A DNA stretch of 47,877 bases, from assembly GCF_001194135.2 (NCBI RefSeq), contig NC_068996.1, forward strand, positions 51,996,662-52,044,538, written 5' to 3'. Below the pieces are notes generated by a model. That model saw nothing but the letters and a program-made list of their open reading frames with translations, was not told the origin of the DNA and did no database searches. This DNA comes from Octopus bimaculoides. Its lineage: Eukaryota. Positions 1 to 11,734 of this stretch are shown piece by piece. The position numbers and the translations under genes are program-made. Numbering within the stretch: position 1 is the first letter of the stretch; each line of letters begins with the position of its first letter.

Positions 1-369
1 GTGGGTAGGTACCGCCAGCGAGTAGATAGGGCTCTTAATTGTAGATTTTAAATATTTGAGAGACAACAATGCATAAATCGTAATTTTTTAAAAGAGCAAT
101 GAATTCTGGGTGATTAGAATATAACGTAGCATGAATTTAGGAAGCTTAGAAAATGAATAAGCATGAATTTAAGACAACAACTGAATTCAATTGAATTTCA
201 TGGAGAGAAACAAGATAAATAATAGGGGGCAAAACTAAAGCGCAAGGTATTATGAGATGTTTGAGGCCGTAAATAAATAAAAAATCTCTATCTTATCTGC
301 ATCTTGGGTATTTCGTCGTAGTATGTCAGCGAGATAATTTAGAATGGGTTTCTCATTTATATATAGCCA

Positions 370-484
370 GGTATGTATATTTTTATTAATATTTAGCAGA
401 AGTAACAGAGTGACTCCAGGTTCAAGAGTTTCATGTGTTGGCACTTGATAAGTGCCAATGCATGAAACTCTTGGACCTCGGTAC
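370..484. repeat. Head-to-head palindrome of a repeat family with hammerhead-like remnants (also at 8745-8822)
   Basis: ccaggttcaagagtttcatg..ttggcact tgata agtgccaa..catgaaactcttggacctcgg is self-complementary. The left arm on the minus strand (gaaactc..gagtcactctgttacttctgcta.atattaataaaaatatacata) recurs on the plus strand at about 8760-8820. Confidence 0.7.
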
Positions 485-1120
485 CAGCACTGGCAGGGTC
501 ACCAAGTAACGCGCAAGAAAAAGGTCCTTTAAGAGATGGGATATTGAAGGAGGTGACCTTGTGCCATATGGTGAAAGGTTAGAATGTGACAGAGAGAGAG
601 AGAGAAATAGTTGTCTTGCTGTAGAGGAGATTCATGGTTACCCGGTCAGAGGAAGAGAGAGAGAGAGATTGATGCCAGGAACAACTGTGTTTTTGTAGAG
701 GTGATACATAGCTAACCAGTCAGAGGGAGAGAGAAAGAGAAAGAATGCGAAAGAGCAGTAGAGAAATGGTGGCGAAGTGCCTGGGAACAGGGGTCAGAAT
801 ATAAATGGGATGGTAGAGAAAAGCAAGGGAGAGATAAGTGGTAGCAAAAGTAGAAGGGCATACTCTCAAGATACAGCGTCAGAATATAAATGCTAGGGTA
901 TTGCCAAGATGCATGAGCAGGGAGAAGTGACTTCACATGAATGCAAAGAGAGTGGGGGTGGGGAATGCAGTGACTGGTGAAACCCAGGGATACAGAAGGT
1001 TGTGAGGGTGAGGTAACAGGATAGCAATGATGCAGAGTGCAAGGCAGTGAGGACAGGATTGAGGAGCAAGAGATAAACATAAGCTTGGTGCATGAAAAAA
1101 GGAAATGTGAGGAAGAAGGC
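480..1120 (-). mobile_element. Non-autonomous RTE-tailed repeat with purine-rich (plus strand) body, fragment
   Basis: Shares the ccaagtaa.ttgcaag..a motif and GA-rich body with 9255-10260 and 11735-12540. Confidence 0.5.
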
Positions 1121-1247
1121 AGATGTCGTTTGATTTGTTGGGGTATATATATACATATACACTATGAGGCTATTTAAGCCTCTTATATAAGATGTGATTG
1201 ACAGCAGAAGAAAACTGGATATATAAACCTTTATTCTCCTTATTACT

Positions 1248-1252
<5 letters not shown>

Positions 1253-1280
<28 letters not shown>
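1253..1280. repeat. (AC)n microsatellite
   Basis: Direct reading. Confidence 0.95.
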
Positions 1281-1510
1281 TTCACCTTTTGGGGATTAAT
1301 CGATATGCAGGTATTCTATTTCAGATAATACAAAAAATAACCTTATGAGTATATCTGAAAGTAAACTCATGGTATCAGTTTGCACATCACGAAATAATAC
1401 TTAAAGGACATAGCCAAAAAATCTAGATAAAGAGAGTACACCCTTAATTGGAGTATTATAGGTAGAGCCCACTCCTATAATATTGGGAATAAAATGTGTT
1501 TATTATGCAT

Positions 1511-3436
1511 AACAGATGGATCAGGTAATGAGAGTCACAGAGAGGGTCATAGCCCAACTAATTAGGGAGAGAGTCAGTCTAGATGAGATGCAGTTTGGGT
1601 TCGTGCCAGGGAAAAGTACCACTGATGCTATATTTCTGGTAAGACAGCTGCAGGAGAAATACCTAGCCAAGGATAAATCTCTGTACCTGGCTTTCATTCA
1701 TATGGAGAAAGCCTTTGACAGGGTCCCCTGATCCCTCATCTGGTGGTCAATGAGGAAACTAGGGATACATAAATGATTAGTGAGAGCTGTGCAAGCCATG
1801 TAGAGGGATGCTATCAGTAAGGTGAGGGTTGGCAACNNNNNNNNNNNNNNNNNNNNNNNNNNNNNNNNNNNNNNNNNNNNNNNNNNNNNNNNNNNNNNNN
1901 NNNNNNNNNNNNNNNNNNNNNNNNNNNNNNNNNNNNNNNNNNNNNNNNNNNNNNNNNNNNNNNNNNNNNNNNNNNNNNNNNNNNNNNNNNNNNNNNNNNN
2001 NNNNNNNNNNNNNNNNNNNNNNNNNNNNNNNNNNNNNNNNNNNNNNNNNNNNNNNNNNNNNNNNNNNNNNNNNNNNNNNNNNNNNNNNNNNNNNNNNNNN
2101 NNNNNNNNNNNNNNNNNNNNNNNNNNNNNNNNNNNNNNNNNNNNNNNNNNNNNNNNNNNNNNNNNNNNNNNNNNNNNNNNNNNNNNNNNNNNNNNNNNNN
2201 NNNNNNNNNNNNNNNNNNNNNNNNNNNNNNNNNNNNNNNNNNNNNNNNNNNNNNNNNNNNNNNNNNNNNNNNNNNNNNNNNNNNNNNNNNNNNNNNNNNN
2301 NNAGTTCAGAGAGCTCTTACCTCTGCTGGTGACAAAGGGCCTCTCACTCAGTGTAAAAGGCAGACTGTATGAACAGCCATGCTACATGGCAGTGAAACAT
2401 GGGCCTTGACTGCTGAGGACATGTGTAAGCTCGCAAGGAATGAAGCCAGTATGCTCTGCTGGATGTGTAATGTTAGTGTGCATACTCGACAGAGTGTAAG
2501 TACCTTGAGAGAAAAGTTGAACCTAAGAAGCATCAGTTGTGTGCAAGAGAGACGATTGCGCTGGTATGGACATGTGATGAGAATGGATGAGGATAACTGT
2601 ATGAAAAAGTGCCACACCTTAGCGGTTGAGGAAACCTGTGGAAGAGGTAGACCCAGGAAGATCTGTGATGAGGTAGTGAAGCACGACCTTCGAACATTAG
2701 GCCTCACCAAGGCAATGACTTCTGACCGAGACCTTTAGAAATATGCTGTGCATGAGAAGACCCGGCAAGCCAAGTGAGACCTAAATCCAAGGCCTCTGCC
2801 AGGGGTGTAGCCAGCCCACTTATGCATACCTTTCCTTCATTGGACATTAAACTCCACTTATGATGACCTATTGAGGCAAATAAAATCGAAATCGAACTAA
2901 ATTCAATGACTGGCACCCATGCCAACGTCTCTTTCATTGGACACTAAACTCGGCTTGCGAAGACCTGTTGGGGCAAGTGAAAGCGAAATTGTGATGGCAC
3001 CTGTACCAGTGGAGCGCTAAGAGCACTGTCCGAGCGTGATCGTTGCCAGAACAGCTGCCTGGCTTCCGTGCCAGTGCATTTCAGCACCATTTGAGTGTGA
3101 TCGTTACCAGCGTTGCCTTCCTGGCACGTGAAAAAACATTCGAGCGAGGTCGTTGCCAATGCCGCTGGACTGGCTCCTGTGCAGGTGACATGTAAAATAC
3201 ACCATTTCGAGTGTGGCTGTTGCCAGTACCGCCTGACTGGCCTTCGTGCCAGTGGCACGTAAAAGCACCCACTACACTCTCGGAGTGGTTGGCATTAGGA
3301 AGGGCATCCAACTGTAGAAACTCTGCCAAATCAGATTGGAGCCTGGTCTAGCCATCTGGTTCACCAGTCCTCAGTCAAATCGTCCAACCCATGCTAGCAT
3401 GGAAAGCAGACGTTAAACGATGATGATGATGATGAT
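1511..3436 (+). mobile_element. 5'-truncated RTE-clade LINE: RT fragment, 3' UTR and (GAT)n tail
   Basis: Translates to MQFGFVPGKSTTDAIFLVRQLQEKYLAKDKSLYLAFIHMEKAFDRVP and LHGSETWAL..RLRWYGHVMRM..GRGRPRK, with stops and frameshifts. Ends ..gacgttaaacgatgatgatgat. Gap at 1837-2302. Confidence 0.93.
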
Positions 3437-3790
3437 AACTACAGTCTAGAGATGAATTATTAAACACATATGATGAATGTGGAGTTAAATGTAGGCACTG
3501 AAGTAATTTTACATTTAGTAAAATTAAGTACTGAACTCTCAACCCCTGAATCAAATAACCACATAATTTTATTTCTAAAGCACTTGAATAGACTATATAA
3601 ATAAAAGAAAAATAATGCAAGAATTTAAATAAATATATGAATTAAATATTACTAAAATTATATAACAAATTCTATATATCTCCCAATATAGGTAACTTTG
3701 AAAATAATAATAGAAGATAATTTAAACTTAAAACTATGTATAGTGTAATTACCCCCACCCCTTGCTACAAATCACCTATAAATACCCATA

Positions 3791-4934
3791 TTACTTCACT
3801 GACCTTGGCCACCGACCATCCCAGCTCCTGGCCAGTTCCAAGCAGTCGATTTTTTTGCGGGCACCTGCCAGCATGCTGTGGACCGGTTTACCTTTTCCAG
3901 GCATCCCCGTCATCTGAACATCCCCCCCAACCAAACCCTTGGCCCTTTGATGTCTCCAACGTCACACTGACATCATCATAAAACCGGCCAACAAGGGTGG
4001 AGCCGTGGTGGTGTGGAACACAGACCTCAACAAAGGAGAAACTCTCTGCCAACTTCAAGACACCTCCTTCTACTGCCCTCTGACCCCACGCCCAGCTACC
4101 AACAGACTGTGTTCTCCACTATCCATGACCTCATTTCCTCCTCCTGTCTCCCCCCACCGCCCCCAACCTCATTGTACGCACCCCTCACACCCCCACAATT
4201 TACTTCCTCCCCAAAATCCACAAACCTAACAACCCTGGTCGCCCCATNNNNNNNNNNNNNNNNNNNNNNNNNNNNNNNNNNNNNNNNNNNNNNNNNNNNN
4301 NNNNNNNNNNNNNNNNNNNNNNNNNNNNNNNNNNNNNNNNNNNNNNNNNNNNNNNNNNNNNNNNNNNNNNNNNNNNNNNNNNNNNNNNNNNNNNNNNNNN
4401 NNNNNACATCCATGACACCAACCAAGCACTTCGTTTGTTCAACTCTTTCTCCTTCCCTCCTGGCCCCTCTAAACTTCTCTTCATTCTCGACATCCAGAGC
4501 CTTTACACAGTGGTCCCTCACCACGAGGGGCTGTGTGCACTCCAACATTTCCTTGACCTTCGACCCAACCTGACACATCCACACTGCACTATCTCTGATG
4601 CCTCTGTCTTCTTTCTTGACATTTCGGTCAGCATTCATCACTCCACTCTCACCACCTCCATCCACTACAAACACACAAACTCACACTCATACCTCAACTT
4701 CTCCTCCTCCCACCTTAAACACACCAAGCTTAATCCTGTGTGACCCCTCTGTCCGGCATTCGCCATGATAGATCGCTAGCCACTGCACATTCTTTATTTT
4801 CTCTCCCTGTTCCTTTCTGTGGAAGAGCGTAGGCTCAAAATGTTAAAGACATTTTCATTTCCTGAGCGTTAAACTAATACATCTGTTTGTTGTCTACACC
4901 ACCTGTCTTTGTCTTTTTTTCTTCTGAATTCTCC
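3791..4934 (+). mobile_element. Penelope-like element: internally deleted RT plus 3' pseudo-LTR, flanked by a 16-bp direct repeat
   Basis: DIIIKPANKGGAVVVWNTD, LFILDIQSLYTVVPHHEGL and FLDISVS..TTSIHYKHTNSHSYLNFSSSH are PLE RT motifs. cctataaatacccata occurs at 3775-3790 and 4935-4950. Confidence 0.88.
4813..4848 (+). ncRNA. Hammerhead-like variant (CUGUGGA core) in the Penelope pLTR, decayed
   Basis: cttt CTGTGGA a GAGC gtag GCTC aAAA tgt t aaag. Second copy at 8112-8147 retains GAAA. Confidence 0.45.
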
Positions 4935-5104
4935 CCTATAAATACCCATAGTTCCCTGCTATCTTCTTCCTCTAATCACCATTTTAGTACCAGTAAAAAA
5001 AAGGAAGATATGTATTTGAATTTTTCTTGTTGTATATCACATTTCTGATGTTTAATCTTATATCTCACATTCTGTATTTGACATATATATATATATATAT
5101 ATGA

Positions 5105-5245
5105 CAGGCTTCTTTCCATTTTCATCTACTAAATCCACTCACAAGGATTTGGTTGGTCCGAGGCTATAAAAGAAGGCACATGCCCATGGTGCCACTCAGT
5201 TAGACTGAACCAGGAACCATTTGGTTCTTATTACACAGTCATGCC
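5105..5245 (-). mobile_element. tRNA-derived SINE, 5' part
   Basis: Reverse complement of the head of the intact SINE at 43494-43877. Confidence 0.8.
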
Positions 5246-5499
5246 TGTGTGTTTGTGTGTGTGTGTGAACGTGTGTGAGTACACTCATATGCATACATAT
5301 TTATATATGCCTATGCATGTTTATACATATACATGTTTGTATGCACATGTGAGTATGTGAATGTGGGTGCATGCATGTGTTTGTTTACATTTTTTATGTC
5401 AATGGAATCTGTAAAAAATGTTTTTGTTGGAAAAAGGAAATAATTTGTAAACAAATGAATTTAATATTCAATGTCATTCTTTTATTCTTTCATTCTTTT

Positions 5500-5600
5500 A
5501 TTCTAATATTCTTTTACTTGTTTCAGTCATATGACTGTAGCCTTGCTGGAGCACTACTTTTAGCCGAGCAAATTGACCCCAAGACAGTGATGGTGCAGTA
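5500..5600 (-). mobile_element. SINE 3' part
   Basis: Reverse complement matches ..gtgctccagcatggc.cagtc.aatgactgaaacaagtaaaaga of 43820-43870. Confidence 0.75.
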
Positions 5601-6101
5601 TTAATCTCTAACTGTAACTCATGAGGCAAAGAAATATATACGATGTGTATCACGTGACAAAATGGCGCCCAACATGTGATCACAAATACCAAAACTAATG
5701 TGTAGAACTAAAAGACGTGAGACACGATAACATGGCATGGAAGGAGAGGAGGGAAGAAAAGCTATATATTGGAGGAGATGGAAATCGTCCCAACGATGAG
5801 TCGTATTCATCTTGATCGATTCATTGTAGATTGACCAGATATTTCCCACTCTTATGTGGCCATGAAATGCGTGTAGTCTTTCTTCCACTTTCGTTTTTAT
5901 AAACTTACTAAACTGATTTAAATTCTTAGTCCAACATTTCATAGATTTTATGTATTACAAATTTTCCCTTGGACTTTTCAGATTTTTAAACTAGTATTTT
6001 GCATTGTACGCTTTTCTTTATGGTGTCTGATCTCCATCATTGTGTGAGCTGCACCATCTCTAAATTATTAAAATATATATATATATAATCTGTAAAAAAT
6101 G

Positions 6102-6172
6102 TCCTCAGTCAAATCGTCCAACCCATGCTAGCATGGAAAACACATGTTAAACAATGATGGTGATGATGATAT
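6102..6172 (+). mobile_element. RTE 3' tail fragment
   Basis: gtcctcagtcaaatcgtccaacccatgctagcatggaaa..gatgatgat, as at 3365-3436. Confidence 0.85.
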
Positions 6173-6180
6173 ATATATAA

Positions 6181-6437
6181 TATATATTGGAGGAGATGGA
6201 AATCGTCCCAGCAATGACTAGCAAGAATGCCAGATGCATTTTAGCCTTTTTGAGCCTTTTCAATTGCATGTACTCATAGCCAGCCACATGTATAAACAAG
6301 ATTTGTTACTGAGATTACATAGGGAAAAAGCAATGTAACATTCATTGGTATTGCAAATAGATGCCAACGAGGCTGAAATGCAAGTGGCATTCTCGCTAGC
6401 TGCTGCTGGGACAATTTTCATCTGCCTTCAATATGTA
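6181..6437. mobile_element. Foldback MITE with imperfect TIRs of about 75 bp, TA-bounded
   Basis: tatatattggaggagatggaaatcgtcccagcaatgactagcaagaatgcc versus the reverse complement of ggcattctcgctagctgctgctgggacaattttcatctgccttcaatatgta. Confidence 0.75.
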
Positions 6438-6558
6438 TTATGCTTTTGAAACCAGGAAGTCTGTAAGAGATGTTATCTCTGAGCGATTACTGCAGTAAAT
6501 TTGCCTTTTCATTGTTGCATTTACATTAAGTATAATATTTAGATGGCAGAGTGTGTGT

Positions 6559-6636
6559 GTAGTAGTAGTAGTAGTAGTAGTAGCAGTAGCAGTAGCAGTA
6601 GCAGTAGCAGCAGTAGCAGTAGCAGTAGCAGTAGCA
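6559..6636. repeat. Compound (TAG)n/(GCAGTA)n microsatellite
   Basis: Direct reading. Confidence 0.95.
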
Positions 6637-7904
6637 GAATGAGAAAGTTCTTGGTACAGTATTATATATTTGAAAAATGAGTAGAGATGGCTTATTTGAG
6701 GGGGTAATTTTTATTTTTTTAATAATGTTTACAAAGAGTGACTCTGGTATGAGTCGAGCTTCAAGTAGCCATTTTATGAAAATAAAAATGATCCCAAAAA
6801 AACCTTCTCTACTCATTTTTTTCNNNNNNNNNNNNNNNNNNNNNNNNNNNNNNNNNNNNNNNNNNNNNNNNNNNNNNNNNNNNNNNNNNNNNNNNNNNNN
6901 NNNNNNNNNNNNNNNNNNNNNNNNNNNNNNNNNNNNNNNNNNNNNNNNNNNNNNNNNNNNNNNNNNNNNNNNNNNNNNNNNNNNNNNNNNNNNNNNNNNN
7001 NNNNNNNNNNNNNNNNNNNNNNNNNNNNNNNNNNNNNNNNNNNNNNNNNNNNNNNNNNNNNNNNNNNNNNNNNNNNNNNNNNNNNNNNNNNNNNNNNNNN
7101 NNNNNNNNNNNNNNNNNNNNNNNNNNNNNNNNNNNNNNNNNNNNNNNNNNNNNNNNNNNNNNNNNNNNNNNNNNNNNNNNNNNNNNNNNNNNNNNNNNNN
7201 NNNNNNNNNNNNNNNNNNNNNNNNNNNNNNNNNNNNNNNNNNNNNNNNNNNNNNNNNNNNNNNNNNNNNNNNNNNNNNNNNNNNNNNNNNNNNNNNNNNN
7301 NNNNNNNNNNNNNNNNNNNNNNNNNNNNNNNNNNNNNNNNNNNNNNNNNNNNNNNNNNNNNNNNNNNNNNNNNNNNNNNNNNNNNNNNNNNNNNNNNNNN
7401 NNNNNNNNNNNNNNNNNNNNNNNNNNNNNNNNNNNNNNNNNNNNNNNNNNNNNNNNNNNNNNNNNNNNNNNNNNNNNNNNNNNNNNNNNNNNNNNNNNNN
7501 NTACATATATATATATATATATATGTCCTGTTTTTGTCAACAATTTCACCCTCCACAAAAATTCCAAATTCTTTTTAATTTGCTTTGCGGGAAGGACTGT
7601 TCCAATGAAGTCGCGTGTTGTCCTTGCCTTCAAAACGTGGAGCAGATGGAACAGGGACAACTGACAAAGGGATATACTCTTTATGTTGCATGTTTTGTTT
7701 CTCTGTTTGTTTTCTTCGTTGTTCGAAAAAAGTTCGTTTTCTGTTTTCATTTCTCATTCTGTTTAACATTTTTTTTTTTGTCCTGTACCCATATATGCAT
7801 GTATGTATACATATAGATGTAGGTATGTACATATATGTATGGACATATGCATATAATTATATATTATTTATATATTTATATATATATATATAAAGGTATG
7901 TTGG

Positions 7905-8223
7905 TGAAAACAGGAAAAATAAAATTCAAAATATGCATTTAGCGGAAGCAATAGAGTGATTCAAGGTCTGAGATCACCGCCACTTTATTATCTCCCCTTC
8001 TTCTTAGCTCTCCTGTGTGACCCTTCTGTCCAGCATTAGCCATGATAGATCGCTAGCCACTACACATTTTTTTTTCTCTCTTTGTTTCTCTTCTTGTTTC
8101 TTTCTGTGTTCCTTTCTGTGGAAGAACGTAGGCTCGAAATGTTAATGACTTTTTTCACTTCCTGATACATCTATTTGTTTTCTACACCACCTATCTTCAT
8201 CTGTTGTTCTTTGTGAATTTTAC

Positions 8224-8230
<7 letters not shown>
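7905..8230 (+). mobile_element. Solo Penelope-like pLTR (second copy of 4736-4934)
   Basis: cctgtgtgaccc.tctgtcc.gcatt.gccatgatagatcgctagccact.cacatt.. and downstream sequence align with 4736-4940. Confidence 0.8.
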
Positions 8231-8266
<36 letters not shown>

Positions 8267-8309
8267 TATATACACACACACATACACACATATATATACA
8301 TACATTTAT

Positions 8310-8645
8310 ATTCTTTTATTTGTTTCACTCATTTGACTGTGGCCATGTTGGAACACTGCCTTTAGTCAAACAACCCCAGGACTTATTCTGTCAGAATCTA
8401 TTGCCAAATTACTAAGTTATGGGGACATAAACACACCAGCGTCGGTTGTCAAGTGATGTTGCGGGGACAAACACAGACGCACAAACCTATACACACACAC
8501 ACATACATATACATATACATATATATGACGGCCTTCTTTCAGTTTGCGTCTACCATATCCACTCACAAGGCTTTGGCCGGCCTGAGGCTATAGTAGAAAA
8601 CACTTACCCATGGTACCATGTAGTGGGACTACCACACAGCCACTC
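8310..8645 (-). mobile_element. tRNA-derived SINE, near full length
   Basis: Reverse complement aligns with 43494-43877, including the internal (TA)/(TG) tract. Confidence 0.85.
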
Positions 8646-9254
8646 CTACACCTATTCTAGGACATTCTAGAACATTCCACAGGGGAATATATTTATTTAT
8701 TTGTCAACTGCTATATAAACTCACAGGCCTGTGACTAGTTTGAAAATTGTCAACATGCACGAAACTCTCAGACTTTGAGTCACTCTGTTACTTCTGCTAT
8801 ATATTAATAAAAATATACATAGACTCATGTTCTGAGTTTTATTTTTACCCTATTTGCATCAACATACCTATGTGTGTGTGTATGTGTCTGTTTGCATGTG
8901 CATGTGTGTGCGCACGCACGTGTGTGTGTATGCGCATGTATGTATGTATCTATGTATGTGCATAACATCATCATCATCATCATCATCATTTAATGTCCAT
9001 TTTCCATATTGGTTCATAACAGGATCCAGTAAGCTGCAAGGTGGTGTCAAGTTCCAATTCTTTTATTCTTTTAGTTGTTTTAGTCATGTGCATGCCAGCA
9101 TGGAAAACGGACATTAATCGATAATGATGATGATGATGATGATGACAGGCTTCTTTCAGTTTCTATCTGCCAAATCCACGCAGTGGAACTGAACCCAGAA
9201 CCATGTAGTTGGTAAGCAAGCTACTTACCACACAGCCACTTCTGTTAGTTTTTA

Positions 9255-10260
9255 GATCATTTCTAGGCTGGATGTCCTTCCTGACATCAGCCACTTTACA
9301 GACTGAAATGGGGGCTATTTTTCATGCTACCAGCACAAGTGAAGCTGAGAGGTAAACTTGCAAGGCAGAAAAAGAAGAGAGGAAAAAGGAAAAAACTTCC
9401 TCTACTGAGAGAGAGATATTTAGGAGGAGAAGATGGAGGAGGGTGACTTTACAACCCGGTATTGAAATGCTAAAATATGATAGAAGGACAAGTGCAGGTG
9501 TCTTCCTGTAGAAGAAATTCATGGCTGAAGGAGATAAAAGGAAGATAATGAGGGTGTGCTAGTGTAAGCTCTCAAAGTGCAAGTGGGTGAGCATAAGAGT
9601 GGATACAGACAGGGGGTCATGAAGGGAAAAAGAGAGTGGATACTTTCATAAGAAGGTGAGTGGGGAGTAACAGGTGGGATTGTAGACAGATGAATAGGGT
9701 GAGTAAAGAAAAAGGGTGGAAATGGGGTTGAAAGGAAATACCAATATGATAAGGGATAAGGTGAGAGATATAGGGAGGGGCTCAGGAAGGAGAATAGGTG
9801 AGAAAGAAGTAGGAGGATGTGCAAGATATAGGAGCAGTGGAGAGAGAGAGAGAGAGGGAGGTATATAAGGGGCTATGGTAAGTGAGGTATATAAGGGGCT
9901 ATGGTAAGTGAGGTATGACAATTGAGATGAGAGGGTATTGAGAATAATAGCAAGTAAGGGTGATGTTAAGAATAGGGTGTACCTGCGGGGGGTGGGGGTG
10001 GGGGGAGAGAGAAATAGCTGAAGGCACAGCAAGAAAGTGATTAGTAGAAATAGGGTGGGCAGGGACGACAATGAAGAATGGAAGTGGTCCCCCCCCCCCA
10101 CTGGAGGGAATGGGAGGTAATCACCAAAAGGCTGGGTATGTAATATGTGCCAATTCTGCTTTCAAATGATTACAGCAGCAGAGTAGTACTAAAGATAGGA
10201 GAATGGTAGGTATTAGATGAGAATTTGGGGAAATGATACACATGACAGAGAGAGGGAGGG
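9255..10260 (-). mobile_element. RTE-tailed purine-rich repeat, fragment
   Basis: gctggatgtccttcctgac.. RTE-tail motif followed by a GA-rich body. Contains a 26-bp tandem duplication at 9858-9915. Confidence 0.5.
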
Positions 10261-10269
10261 GGAGGGGGG

Positions 10270-10520
10270 AGCAGGGCCCCACATGTACAAGAATACAAGT
10301 GGTTTTAGAATATCATGCTTGCTTTGATAGACAGGTCTTTTTGAGCAAAGCAAATCACCACTGACCTCAGTCCTCTGCCATCTCATCTGTAACACTCAGC
10401 ATCTTGAGATCAACCTTCAATATTTCATCCCACACCCCCCTGGGTCTCCCTCTTCCACAAGTTCCATCCACTTTAAACAATTGGTACTGTCCTCTCCCAT
10501 ATTCATTGCACGACCAAACT
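10270..10520 (-). mobile_element. RTE LINE C-terminal fragment
   Basis: Minus strand reads like ..GTCGRGRP..VWDEILKVDLKMLSVTDEMAEDxGQW. Confidence 0.7.
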
Positions 10521-10790
10521 ACAAGGTAATTAAATTTTGTCTTTTATTCTATAAATTCTGGAGATGTACTTGCATAGCAAGTGACCTGATCTGAGATCGC
10601 ATGCTGGAATGAAAACAATTGCAGTGTGAAAGGTATTTATAAGCCATTTAAAATAACACACAAAAACCGTTAGATTCACTTCAACATTTAAATATAATTT
10701 GTCAAACTATTTTCATCGCTTTGAGACCGCGACCTGTTCACTGACAAAATTCTGTGCTAAACACCTTCCACGCTGCAATTGTCTATAAAT
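10518..10790 (-). mobile_element. Probable Penelope-type pLTR repeat carrying a hammerhead variant
   Basis: CpG-rich repeat-like segment containing the three-way-junction fold at 10696-10751. PLE assignment is by analogy only. Confidence 0.5.
10696..10751 (-). ncRNA. Minimal type-I hammerhead-like ribozyme with G3-C8 covariant core
   Basis: tttgtca GTGAACA g gtcgc ggtctcaaa gcgat GAA aatagt t tgacaaa: 7-bp stem I, 5-bp stem II, near-palindromic stem III. Confidence 0.6.
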
Positions 10791-11734
10791 TCTGTCAAAT
10801 GGCTAATGAATATTTGAGGAAGATTATTGTGAAAAAATATGACATAGAACTTCGTTTTTTGTATTCAGTTTGTAAGATAATTGATGTGAGGGTAGATATT
10901 TAACCAACTGACAATCAATAAAGAAGTGATGTTGAACCAATACATGTGTTATTATTGCTGTAATGACCCTCTCAAGATACAACAAGATATGTCACAAAAG
11001 TTTATCCATTACTTGATCTTACATAATATTAAGATGTAGTAAAAATAGATTTGAATTATATCTTTTTATTCTTAATTTACAAGAAATGTAACTATGAAAT
11101 TATATAAAATGAAAAGAATGAAGGAAAACTAATAAATAACATGTTTGGATATTCTTGGTGGACTTTGAGTAAACTCTGGTGCCTAGACCACATATTGGTT
11201 TAGATACCTGTATTTGCAGCAGTTGGATAGAATGTCTTGTGTTATTTAGTCTGACTATCTACTCTTTGAGTTCGGATCCAACTTAGGCCAATTCTGCCTT
11301 TCATTTTGGGTTAATAAAGCACCAATCAAGCACTGGTGTAAATTCTGTCAGTCTCTCTCTCTCACTCTTTCTCCCTCTCCCTCTTCCTTTTTTTGCGTAA
11401 GAAATTAGCTGCATTTACATCTAGATATGGATGGACTTTGTCAGGTTTAAAATGCCCAAGTCGTGACATTTGTCATGACAACACCTCTACAACTACGAAT
11501 GACTGATGGCTGGCTGGAACAATCTGATGAAGTTAGCCAACAAAAGAATCTCATTGTGGTTGTTTGATTTACTAAAAATAGTAGCCAACTCTTTCTTAAT
11601 CCACACCCTACCATCTTAATTAGATGGTCGTGGCTAGAAAGCCTATGATCATAGTGCTGCCTGATCAAGATTTACCTGGAGTTAAATTACAAAATTTTAT
11701 TATTTAAGAGTGACTAAAACAATTGGTGATATCA

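Noticed and set aside
290-335. Minus-strand ctgaca..gacgaaa hammerhead-like string
   Set aside because: No convincing stem II or stem I pairing.
5498-5692. ORF with GPCR TM6-like FVITCWAPF
   Set aside because: Spacing is off by one from FxxCWxP, the upstream frame has several stops, the downstream half is SINE sequence, and no other GPCR segments were found.
5619-5942. 107-aa minus-strand ORF resembling a host exon
   Set aside because: No recognisable domain. Its WDDFHLLQY stretch is the MITE terminus repeated at 6181 and inverted at about 6400.
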